64,000 nucleotides of DNA from assembly GCA_964016885.1 (NCBI GenBank), contig OZ024744.1:806001-870000 (forward strand), read 5' to 3'. Positions 12,671-24,800 of this stretch are shown piece after piece (the stretch's first letter is position 1; each line of letters starts with the position of its first letter). Position numbers and translations under genes: made by a program. Below the pieces are notes generated by a model that made no database searches, was not told where the DNA came from, and saw only the letters and a list, made by a program, of their open reading frames with translations. This DNA is from Eledone cirrhosa (lineage: Eukaryota).

Positions 12671-15600
12671 AAAGATAGCTTGGTGAAGAACGAAGTTTTG
12701 AGGAAGACAAGGAAGAGAAAGATAGCTTGGTGAAGAACGAAGTTTTGGGGGAAGACAAGGTAGGGAAAGATAGCTTGGTGAAGAACGAAGTTTTGAGGGA
12801 GGACAAGGTAGAGAAAGATAGCTTGGTGAAGAACGACGTTTTGAGGGAAGACAAGGTAGAGAAAGATAGCTTGGTGAAGAACGAAGTTTTGGCGGAAGAC
12901 AAGGTAGAGAAAGATAGCTTGATGAAGTACGAAGTTTTGGGGGAAGACAAGGTAGAGAAAGATAGCTTGGTGAAGAACGACGTTTTGTGGGAAGACAAGG
13001 TAGAGAAACATAGTTGGTGAAGAACGAAGTTTTGAGGGAAGACAAGGTAGAGAAAGATAGCTTGATGAAGAACGAGGTTTTGAGGGAAGACAAGGTAGAG
13101 AAAGATAGCTTGGTGAAGAACGAAGTTTTGAGGGAAGACAAGGTAGAGAAAGATAGCTTGATGAAGAACGAAGTTTTGAGGGAAGACAAGGTAGAGAAAG
13201 ATAGCTTGATGAAGTACGAAGTTTTGGGGGAAGACAAGGTAGAGAAAGATAGCTTGGTGAAGAACGAAGTTTTGAGGGAAGACAAGGTAGAGAAAGATAG
13301 CTTGATGAAGAACGAAGTTTTGAGGGAAGACAAGGTAGAGAAAGATAGCTTGGTGAAGAACGAAGTTTTCAGGGAAGACAAAGTATAGAAAGATAGCTTG
13401 GTGAAGAACGAAGTTTTGGGGGAAGACAATGTAGAGAAAGATAGCTTGATGAAGAACGAAGTTTTGGGGGAAGACAAGGTAGAGAAAGATAGCTTGGTGA
13501 AGAACGAAGTTTTGAGGGAAGACAAGGTAGAGAAAGATAGCTTGGTGAAGAACGAAGTTTTGGGGGAAGACAAGGTAGAGAAAGATAGCTTGGTGAAGAA
13601 CGAAGTTTTGAGGGAAGACAAGGTAGAGAAAGATAGCTTGGTGAAGAACGAAGTTTTGGGGGAAGACAAGGTAGAGAAAGATAGCTTGGTGAAGAACGAA
13701 GTTTTGAGGGAAGACAAGGTAGAGAAAGATAGTTGGTGAAGAACGAAATTTTGAGGGAAGACAAGGTAGAGAAAAATAGCTTGGTGAAGAACGACGTTTT
13801 GAGGGAAGACAAGGTAGAGAAAGATAGCTTGGTGAAGAACGAAGTTTTGGGGGAAGACAAGGTAGAGAAAGATAGTTTGATGAAGTACGAAGTTTTGGGG
13901 GAAGACAAGGTAGAGAAAGATAGCTTGGTGAAGAACGACGTTTTGAGGGAAGACAAGGTAGAGAAAGATAGCTTGGTGAAGAACGAAGTTTTGGGGGAAG
14001 ACAAGGTAGAGAAAGATAGCTTGATGAAGTACGAAGTTTTGGGGGAAGACAAGGTAGAGAAAGATAGCTTGGTGAAGAACGACGTTTTGAGGGAAGACAA
14101 GGTAGAGAAAGATAGTTGGTAAAGAACGAAGTTTTGAGGGAAGACAAGGTAGAGAAAGATAGCTTGGTGAAGAACGACGTTTTGAGGGAAGACAAGGTAT
14201 AGAAAGATAGCTTGGTGAAGAACGACGTTTTCGGGGAAGAAAAGGTAGAGAAAGATAGCTTGGTGAAGAACAAAGTTTTGGGGGAAGACAAGGTAGAGAA
14301 AGATAGCTTGGTGAAGAACGAAGTATTGAGGGAAGACTCGGTAGAGAAAGATAGCTTGGTGAAGAACGAAGTTTTGAGGGAAGACAAGGTAGAGAAAGAT
14401 AGCTTGGTGAAGAACGAGGTTTTGAGGGAAGACAATGTAGAGAAAGATAGCTTGGTGAAGAACGAAGTTTTGGGGGAAGGCAAGGTAGAGAAAGATAGCT
14501 TGGTGAAGAACGAAGTTTTGGGGGATGACAAAGTAGAGAAAGATAGCTTGGTGAAGAACGAAGTTTTGGGGGAAGACAAGGAAGAGAAAGATAGCTTGGT
14601 GAAGAACGAAGTTTTGAGGGAAGACAAGGTAGAGAAAGATAGCTTGGTGAAGAACGAAGTTTTGGGGGAAGACAAGGTAGAGAAAGATAGCTTGGTGAAG
14701 AACGAAGTTTTGCGGGAAGACAAGGTAGAGAAATATAGCTCGGTGAAGAACGAAGTTTTGAGGGAAGACAAGGTAGAGAAAGATAGCTTGGTGAAGAACG
14801 AAGTTTTGGGGGAAGACAAGGTAGAGAAAGATAGCTTGGTGAAGAACGAAGTTTTGAGGAAGACAAGGAAGAGAAAGATAGCTTGGTGAAGAACGAAGTT
14901 TTGGGGGAAGACAAGGTAGAGAAAGATAGCTTGGTGAAGAACGAAGTTTTGAGGGAGGACAAGGTAGAGAAAGATAGCTTGGTGAAGAACGACGTTTTGA
15001 GGGAAGACAAGGTAGAGAAAGAAAGCTTGGTGAAGAACGAAGTTTTGGCGGAAGACAAGGTAGAGAAAGATAGCTTGATGAAGTACGAAGTTTTGGGGGA
15101 AGACAAGGTAGAGAAAGATAGCTTGGTGAAGAACGACGTTTTGTGGGAAGACAAGGTAGAGAAACATAGTTGGTGAAGAACGAAGTTTTGAGGGAAGACA
15201 AGGTAGAGAAAGATAGCTTGATGAAGAACGAGGTTTTGAGGGAAGACAAGGTAGAGAAAGATAGCTTGGTGAAGAACGAAGTTTTGAGGGAAGACAAGGT
15301 AGAGAAAGATAGCTTGATGAAGAACGAAGTTTTGAGGGAAGACAAGGTAGAGAAAGATAGCTTGATGAAGTACGAAGTTTTGGGGGAAGACAAGGTAGAG
15401 AAAGATAGCTTGGTGAAGAACGAAGTTTTGAGGGAAGACAAGGTAGAGAAAGATAGCTTGATGAAGAACGAAGTTTTGAGGGAAGACAAGGTAGAGAAAG
15501 ATAGCTTGGTGAAGAACGAAGTTTTCAGGGAAGACAAAGTATAGAAAGATAGCTTGGTGAAGAACGAAGTTTTGGGGGAAGACAATGTAGAGAAAGATAG

Positions 15601-16220
15601 CTTGATGAAGAACGAAGTTTTGGGGGAAGACAAGGTAGAGAAAGATAGCTTGGTGAAGAACGAAGTTTTGAGGGAAGACAAGGTAGAGAAAGATAGCTTG
15701 GTGAAGAACGAAGTTTTGGGGGAAGACAAGGTAGAGAAAGATAGCTTGGTGAAGAACGAAGTTTTGAGGGAAGACAAGGTAGAGAAAGATAGCTTGGTGA
15801 AGAACGAAGTTTTGGGGGAAGACAAGGTAGAGAAAGATAGCTTGGTGAAGAACGAAGTTTTGAGGGAAGACAAGGTAGAGAAAGATAGTTGGTGAAGAAC
15901 GAAATTTTGAGGGAAGACAAGGTAGAGAAAAATAGCTTGGTGAAGAACGACGTTTTGAGGTAAGACAAGGTAGAGAAAGATAGCTTGGTGAAGAACGAAG
16001 TTTTGGGGGAAGACAAGGTAGAGAAAGATAGTTTGATGAAGTACGAAGTTTTGGGGGAAGACAAGGTAGAGAAAGATAGCTTGGTGAAGAACGACGTTTT
16101 GAGGGAAGACAAGGTAGAGAAAGATAGCTTGGTGAAGAACGAAGTTTTGGGGGAAGACAAGGTAGAGAAAGATAGCTTGATGAAGTACGAAGTTTTGGGG
16201 GAAGACAAGGTAGAGAAAGA
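11960..16220 (+). repeat. Higher-order duplication, offset 2,156 bp (45 monomers minus 4 bp)
   Basis: ORF pairs 12056/14212, 12727/14883, 13014/15170 and 13398/15554 differ by 2,156. Both copies share GGAGGAC, TTGGCGGAAG, TTTTCAGGG and GATAGTTTGATG. Confidence 0.88.
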
Positions 16221-19200
16221 TAGCTTGGTGAAGAACGACGTTTTGTGGGAAGACAAGGTAGAGAAACATAGTTGGTGAAGAACGAAGTTTTGAGGGAAGA
16301 CAAGGTAGAGAAAGATAGCTTGATGAAGAACGAAGTTTTGAGGGAAGACAAGGTAGAGAAAGATAGCTTGGTGAAGAACGAAGTTTTGAGGGAAGACAAG
16401 GTAGAGAAAGATAGCTTCATGAAGAACGAAGTTTTGAGGGAAGACAAGGTAGAGAAAGATAGCTTGGTGAAGAACGAAGTTTTGAGGGAAGACAAAGTAT
16501 AGAAAGATAGCTTGGTGAAGAACGAAGTTTTGGGGGAAGACAATGTAGAGAAAGATAGCTTGATGAAGAACGAAGTTTTGGGGGAAGACAAGGTAGAGAA
16601 AGATAGCTTGGTGAAGAACGAAGTTTTGAGGGAAGACAAGGTAGAGAAAGATAGCTTGGTGAAGAACGAAGTTTTGGGGGAAGACAAGGTAGAGAAAGAT
16701 AGCTTGGTGAAGAACGAAGTTTTGAGGGAAGACAAGGTAGAGAAAGATAGTTGGTGAAGAACGAAATTTTGAGGGAAGACAAGGTAGAGAAAGATAGCTT
16801 GGTGAAGAACGACGTTTTGAGGGAAGACAAGGTAGAGAAAGATAGCTTGGTGAAGAACGACGTTTTGAGGGAAGACAAGGTAGAGAAAGATAGCTTGGTG
16901 AAGAACGAAGTTTTGGGGGAAGACAAGGTAGAGAAAGATAGCTTGATGAAGTACGAAGTTTTGGGGGAAGACAAGGTAGAGAAAGATAGCTTGGTGAAGA
17001 ACGACGTTTTGTGGGAAGACAAGGTAGAGAAACATAGTTGGTGAAGAACGAAATTTTGAGGGAAGACAAGGTAGAGAAAGATAGCTTGATGAAGTACGAA
17101 GTTTTGGGGGAAGACAAGGTAGAGAAAGATAGCTTGGTGAAGAACGAAGTTTTGAGGGAAGACAAGGTAGAGAAAGATAGCTTGATGAAGAACGAAGTTT
17201 TGAGGGAAGACAAGGTAGAGAAAGATAGCTTGGTGAAGAACGAAGTTTTCAGGGAAGACAAAGTATAGAAAGATAGCTTGGTGAAGAACGAAGTTTTGGG
17301 GGAAGACAATGTAGAGAAAGATAGCTTGATGAAGAACGAAGTTTTGGGGGAAGACAAGGTAGAGAAAGATAGCTTGGTGAAGAACGAAGTTTTGAGGGAA
17401 GACAAGGTAGAGAAAGATAGCTTGGTGAAGAACGAAGTTTTGGGGGAAGACAAGGTAGAGAAAGATAGCTTGGTGAAGAACGAAGTTTTGAGGGAAGACA
17501 AGGTAGAGAAAGATAGCTTGGTGAAGAACGAAGTTTTGGGGGAAGACAAGGTAGAGAAAGATAGCTTGGTGAAGAACGAAGTTTTGAGGGAAGACAAGGT
17601 AGAGAAAGATAGTTGGTGAAGAACGAAATTTTGAGGGAAGACAAGGTAGAGAAAAATAGCTTGGTGAAGAACGACGTTTTGAGGGAAGACAAGGTAGAGA
17701 AAGATAGCTTGGTGAAGAACGAAGTTTTGGGGGAAGACAAGGTAGAGAAAGATAGTTTGATGAAGTACGAAGTTTTGGGGGAAGACAAGGTAGAGAAAGA
17801 TAGCTTGGTGAAGAACGACGTTTTGAGGGAAGACAAGGTAGAGAAAGATAGCTTGGTGAAGAACGAAGTTTTGGGGGAAGACAAGGTAGAGAAAGATAGC
17901 TTGATGAAGTACGAAGTTTTGGGGGAAGACAAGGTAGAGAAAGATAGCTTGGTGAAGAACGACGTTTTGAGGGAAGACAAGGTAGAGAAAGATAGTTGGT
18001 AAAGAACGAAGTTTTGAGGGAAGACAAGGTAGAGAAAGATAGCTTGGTGAAGAACGACGTTTTGAGGGAAGACAAGGTATAGAAAGATAGCTTGGTGAAG
18101 AACGACGTTTTCGGGGAAGAAAAGGTAGAGAAAGATAGCTTGGTGAAGAACAAAGTTTTGGGGGAAGACAAGGTAGAGAAAGATAGCTTGGTGAAGAACG
18201 AAGTATTGAGGGAAGACTCGGTAGAGAAAGATAGCTTGGTGAAGAACGAAGTTTTGAGGGGAGACAAGGTAGAGAAAGATAGCTTGGTGAAGAACGAGGT
18301 TTTGAGGGAAGACAATGTAGAGAAAGATAGCTTGGTGAAGAACGAAGTTTTGGGGGAAGGCAAGGTAGAGAAAGATAGCTTGGTGAAGAACGAAGTTTTG
18401 GGGGATGACAAAGTAGAGAAAGATAGCTTGGTGAAGAACGAAGTTTTGGGGGAAGACAAGGAAGAGAAAGATAGCTTGGTGAAGAACGAAGTTTTGAGGG
18501 AAGACAAGGTAGAGAAAGATAGCTTGGTGAAGAACGAAGTTTTGGGGGAAGACAAGGTAGAGAAAGATAGCTTGGTGAAGAACGAAGTTTTGCGGGAAGA
18601 CAAGGTAGAGAAATATAGCTCGGTGAAGAACGAAGTTTTGAGGGAAGACAAGGTAGAGAAAGATAGCTTGGTGAAGAACGAAGTTTTGGGGGAAGACAAG
18701 GTAGAGAAAGATAGCTTGGTGAAGAACGAAGTTTTGAGGAAGACAAGGAAGAGAAAGATAGCTTGGTGAAGAACGAAGTTTTGGGGGAAGACAAGGTAGA
18801 GAAAGATAGCTTGGTGAAGAACGAAGTTTTGAGGGAGGACAAGGTAGAGAAAGATAGCTTGGTGAAGAACGACGTTTTGAGGGAAGACAAGGTAGAGAAA
18901 GATAGCTTGGTGAAGAACGAAGTTTTGGCGGAAGACAAGGTAGAGAAAGATAGCTTGATGAAGTACGAAGTTTTGGGGGAAGACAAGGTAGAGAAAGATA
19001 GCTTGGTGAAGAACGACGTTTTGTGGGAAGACAAGGTAGAGAAACATAGTTGGTGAAGAACGAAGTTTTGAGGGAAGACAAGGTAGAGAAAGATAGCTTG
19101 ATGAAGAACGAGGTTTTGAGGGAAGACAAGGTAGAGAAAGATAGCTTGGTGAAGAACGAAGTTTTGAGGGAAGACAAGGTAGAGAAAGATAGCTTGATGA

Positions 19201-20680
19201 AGAACGAAGTTTTGAGGGAAGACAAGGTAGAGAAAGATAGCTTGATGAAGTACGAAGTTTTGGGGGAAGACAAGGTAGAGAAAGATAGCTTGGTGAAGAA
19301 CGAAGTTTTGAGGGAAGACAAGGTAGAGAAAGATAGCTTGATGAAGAACGAAGTTTTGAGGGAAGACAAGGTAGAGAAAGATAGCTTGGTGAAGAACGAA
19401 GTTTTCAGGGAAGACAAAGTATAGAAAGATAGCTTGGTGAAGAACGAAGTTTTGGGGGAAGACAATGTAGAGAAAGATAGCTTGATGAAGAACGAAGTTT
19501 TGGGGGAAGACAAGGTAGAGAAAGATAGCTTGGTGAAGAACGAAGTTTTGAGGGAAGACAAGGTAGAGAAAGATAGCTTGGTGAAGAACGAAGTTTTGGG
19601 GGAAGACAAGGTAGAGAAAGATAGCTTGGTGAAGAACGAAGTTTTGAGGGAAGACAAGGTAGAGAAAGATAGCTTGGTGAAGAACGAAGTTTTGGGGGAA
19701 GACAAGGTAGAGAAAGATAGCTTGGTGAAGAACGAAGTTTTGAGGGAAGACAAGGTAGAGAAAGATAGTTGGTGAAGAACGAAATTTTGAGGGAAGACAA
19801 GGTAGAGAAAAATAGCTTGGTGAAGAACGACGTTTTGAGGGAAGACAAGGTAGAGAAAGATAGCTTGGTGAAGAACGAAGTTTTGGGGGAAGACAAGGTA
19901 GAGAAAGATAGTTTGATGAAGTACGAAGTTTTGGGGGAAGACAAGGTAGAGAAAGATAGCTTGGTGAAGAACGACGTTTTGAGGGAAGACAAGGTAGAGA
20001 AAGATAGCTTGGTGAAGAACGAAGTTTTGGGGGAAGACAAGGTAGAGAAAGATAGCTTGATGAAGTACGAAGTTTTGGGGGAAGACAAGGTAGAGAAAGA
20101 TAGCTTGGTGAAGAACGACGTTTTGTGGGAAGACAAGGTAGAGAAACATAGTTGGTGAAGAACGAAGTTTTGAGGGAAGACAAGGTAGAGAAAGATAGCT
20201 TGATGAAGAACGAAGTTTTGAGGGAAGACAAGGTAGAGAAAGATAGCTTGGTGAAGAACGAAGTTTTGAGGGAAGACAAGGTAGAGAAAGATAGCTTCAT
20301 GAAGAACGAAGTTTTGAGGGAAGACAAGGTAGAGAAAGATAGCTTGGTGAAGAACGAAGTTTTGAGGGAAGACAAAGTATAGGAAGATAGCTTGGTGAAG
20401 AACGAAGTTTTGGGGGAAGACAATGTAGAGAAAGATAGCTTGATGAAGAACGAAGTTTTGGGGGAAGACAAGGTAGAGAAAGATAGCTTGGTGAAGAACG
20501 AAGTTTTGAGGGAAGACAAGGTAGAGAAAGATAGCTTGGTGAAGAACGAAGTTTTGGGGGAAGACAAGGTAGAGAAAGATAGCTTGGTGAAGAACGAAGT
20601 TTTGAGGGAAGACAAGGTAGAGAAAGATAGTTGGTGAAGAACGAAATTTTGAGGGAAGACAAGGTAGAGAAAGATAGCTT
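13205..20680 (+). repeat. Higher-order duplication, offset 3,880 bp (81 monomers minus 8 bp): about 13.2-16.8 kb copied at about 17.1-20.7 kb
   Basis: ORF pairs 13398/17278, 13733/17613, 14212/18092, 14883/18763, 15170/19050, 15554/19434, 16272/20152, 16512/20392 and 16751/20631 all differ by 3,880. Confidence 0.92.
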
Positions 20681-21829
20681 GGTGAAGAACGACGTTTTGA
20701 GGGAAGACAAGGTAGAGAAAGATAGCTTGGTGAAGAACGAAGTTTTGGGGGAAGACAAGGTAGAGAAAGATAGCTTGATGAAGTACGAAGTTTTGGGGGA
20801 AGACAAGGTAGAGAAAGATAGCTTGGTGAAGAACGACGTTTTGTGGGAAGACAAGGTAGAGAAACATAGTTGGTGAAGAACGAAATTTTGAGGGAAGACA
20901 AGGTAGAGAAAGATAGCTTGGTGAAGAACGAAGTTTTGAGGGAAGACAAGGTAGAGAAAGATAGCTTGATGAAGTACGAAGTTTTGAGGGAAGACAAGGT
21001 AGAGAAAGATAGCTTGGTGAAGAACGAAGTTTTGGGGGAAGACAAGGTAGAGAAATATAGCTCGGTGAAGAACGAAGTTTTGAGGGAAGACAAGGTAGAG
21101 AAAGATAGCTTGGTGAAGAACGAAGTTTTGGGGGAAGACAAGGTAGAGAAAGATAGCTTGGTGAAGAACGAAGTTTTGAGGGAAGACTAGGTAGAGAAAG
21201 ATAGCTTGATGAAGAACGAAGTTTTGAGGGAAGACAAGGTAGAGAAAGATAGCTTGGTGAAGAACGAAGTTTTGGGGGAAGACAAGGTAGAGAAAGATAG
21301 CTTGGTGAAGAACGAAGGTTTGAGGGAAGACAAGGTAGAGAAAGATAGCTTGGTGAAGAACGAAGTTTTGAGGGAAGACAAGGTAGAGAAAGATAGCTTG
21401 GTGAAGAACGAAGTTTTGAGGGAAGACAAGGTAGAGAAAGATAGCTTGGTGAAGAACGAAGTTTTGAGGGAAGACAAGGTAGAGAAAGATAGTTGGTGAA
21501 GAACGAAGTTTTGAGGGAAGACAAGGTAGAGAAAGATAGCTTGGTGAAGAACGACGTTTTGAGGGAAGACAAGGTAGAGAAAGATAGCTTGATGAAGTAC
21601 GAAGTTTTGGGGGAAGACAAGGTAGAGAAAGATAGCTTGGTGAAGGACGACGTTTTGTGGGAAGACAAGGTAGAGAAAGATAGCTTGGTGAAGAACGAAG
21701 TTTTGAGGGAAGACAAGGTAGAGAAAGATAGCTTGGTGAAGAACGAAGTTTTGAGGGAAGACAAGGTAGAGAAAGATAGCTTGATGAAGAACGAAGTTTT
21801 GAGGGAAGACAAGGTAGAGAAAGATAGCT

Positions 21830-24800
21830 TGATGAAGTACGAAGTTTTGGGGGAAGACAAGGTAGAGAAAGATAGCTTGGTGAAGAACGAAGTTTTGAGG
21901 GAAGACAAGGTAGAGAAAGATAGCTTGATGAAGAACGAAGTGTTGAGGGAAGACAAGGTAGAGAAAGATAGCTTGGTGAAGAACGAAGTTTTGAGGGAAG
22001 ACAAAGTATAGAAGGATAGCTTGGTGAAGAACGAAGTTTTGGGGGAAGACAATGTAGAGAAAGATAGCTTGATGAAGAACGAAGTTTTGGGGAAGACAAG
22101 GTAGAGAAAGATAGCTTGGTGAAGAACGAAGTTTTGAGGGAAGACAAGGTAGAGAAAGATAGCTTGGTGAGGAACGAAGTTTTGGGGGAAGACAAGGTAG
22201 AGAAAGATAGCATGGTGAAGAACGAAATTTTGAGGGAAGACAAGGTAGAGAAAGATAGCTTGGTGAAGAACGAAGTTTTGGGGGAAGACAAGGTAGAGAA
22301 AGATAGCTTGGTGAAGAACGAAGTTTTGAGGGAAGACAAGGTAGAGAAAGATAGTTGGTAAAGAACGAAGTTTTGAGGGAAGACAAGGTAGAGAAAGATA
22401 GCTTGGTGAAGAACGACGTTTTGAGGGAAGACAAGGTATAGAAAGAGAGCTTGGTGAAGAACGACGTTTTCGGGGAAGAAAAGGTAGAGAAAGATAGCTT
22501 GGTGAAGAACAAAGTTTTGGGGGAAGTCAAGGTAGAGAAAGATAGCTTGGTGAAGAACGAAGTTTTGAGGGAAGACAAGGTAGAGAAAGATAGTTGGTGA
22601 AGAACGAAATTTTGAGGGAAGACAAGGTAGAGAAAGATAGCTTGGTGAAGAACGACGTTTTGAGGGAAGACAAGGTAGAGAAAGATAGCTTGGTGAAGAA
22701 CGACGTTTTGAGGGAAGACAAGGTAGAGAAAGATAGCTTGGTGAAGAACGAAGTTTTGGGGGAAGACAAGGTAGAGAAAGATAGCTTGATGAAGTACGAA
22801 GTTTTGGGGGAAGACAAGGTAGAGAAAGATAGCTTGGTGAAGAACGACGTTTTGTGGGAAGACAAGGTAGAGAAACATAGTTGGTGAAGAACGAAATTTT
22901 GAGGGAAGACAAGGTAGAGAAAGATAGCTTGGTGAAGAAGGAAGTTTTGAGGGAAGACAAGGTAGAGAAAGATAGCTTGATGAAGTACGAAGTTTTGAGG
23001 GAAGACAAGGTAGAGAGAGATAGCTTGGTGAAGAACGAAGTTTTGGGGGAAGACAAGGTAGAGAAATATAGCTCGGTGAAGAACGAAGTTTTGAGGGAAG
23101 ACAAGGTAGAGAAAGATAGCTTGGTGAAGAACGAAGTTTTGGGGGAAGACAAGGTAGAGAAAGATAGCTTGGTGAAGAACGAAGTTTTGAGGGAAGACTA
23201 GGTAGAGAAAGATAGCTTGATGAAGAACTAAGTTTTGAGGGAAGACAAGGTAGAGAAAGATAGCTTGGTGAAGAACGAAGTTTTGGGGGAAGACTAGGTA
23301 GAGAAAGATAGCTTGGTGAAGAACGAAGGTTTGAGGGAAGACAAGGTAGAGAAAGATAGCTTGGTGAAGAACGAAGTTTTGAGGGAAGACATGGTAGAGA
23401 AAGATAGCTTGGTGAAGAACGAAGTTTTGAGGGAAGACAAGGTAGAGAAAGATAGCTTGGTGAAGAACGAAGTTTTGAGGGAAGACAAGGTAGAGAAAGA
23501 TAGTTGGTGAAGAACGAAGTTTTGAGGGAAGACAAGGTAGAGAAAGATAGCTTGGTGAAGAACGACGTTTTGAGGGAAGACAAGGTAGAGAAAGATAGCT
23601 TGATGAAGTACGAGGTTTTGGGGGAAGACAAGGTAGAGAAAGATAGCTTGGTGAAGGACGACGTTTTGTGGGAAGACAAGGTAGAGAAACATAGTTGGTG
23701 AAGAACGAAATTTTGAGGGAAGACAAGGTAGAGAAAGATAGCTTGGTGAAGAACGAAGTTTTGAGGGAAGACAAGGTAGAGAAAGATAGCTTGGTGAAGA
23801 ACGAAGTTTTGAGGGAAGACAAGGTAGAGAAAGATAGCTTGATGAAGAACGAGGTGTTGAGGGAAGACAAGGTAGAGAAAGATAGCTTGGTGAAGAACGA
23901 AGTTTTGAGGGAAGACAAAGTATAGAAGGATAGCTTGGTGAAGAACGAAGTTTTGGGGGAAGACAATGTAGAGAAAGATAGCTTGATGAAGAACGAAGTT
24001 TTGGGGAAGACAAGGTAGAGAAAGATAGCTTGGTGAAGAACGAAGTTTTGAGGGAAGACAAGGTAGAGAAAGATAGCTTGGTGAAGAACGAAGTTTTGGG
24101 GGAAGACAAGGTAGAGAAAGATAGCTTGGTGAAGAACGAAGTTTTGAGGGAAGACAAGGTAGAGAAAGATAGCTTGGTGAAGAACGAAGTTTTGGGGGAA
24201 GACAAGGTAGAGAAAGATAGCTTGGTGAAGAACGAAGTTTTGAGGGAAGACAAGGTAGAGAAAGATAGTTGGTAAAGAACGAAGTTTTGAGGGAAGACAA
24301 GGTAGAGAAAGATAGCTTGGTGAAGAACGACGTTTTGAGGGAAGACAAGGTATAGAAAGAGAGCTTGGTGAAGAACGACGTTTTCGGGGAAGAAAAGGTA
24401 GAGAAAGATAGCTTGGTGAAGAACAAAGTTTTGGGGGAAGTCAAGGTAGAGAAAGATAGCTTGGTGAAGAACGAAGTATTGAGGGAAGACAAGGTAGAGA
24501 AAGATAGCTTGGTGAAGAACGAAGTTTTGAGGGAAGACAAGGTAGAGAAAGATAGCTTGGTGAAGAACGAGGTTTTGAGGGAAGACAATGTAGAGAAAGA
24601 TAGCTTGGTGAAGAACGAAGTTTTGGGGGAAGACAAGGTAGAGAAAGATAGCTTGGTGAAGAACGAAGTTTTGAGGGAAGACAAGGTAGAGAAAGATAGC
24701 CTGGTGAAGAACGAAGTTTTGGGGGATGACAAAGTAGAGAAAGATAGCTTGGTGAAGAACGAAGTTTTGGGGGAAGACAAGGTAGAGAAAGATAGCTTGA

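Noticed and set aside
2879-17035. 4,718-aa minus-strand ORF (and the other 400-2,700 aa minus ORFs) as real genes
   Set aside because: All three minus frames are open simply because the monomer lacks TTA/CTA/TCA. The ORFs overlap one another, switch peptide at every deletion, have no unique domain or terminus, and end at sporadic variants.
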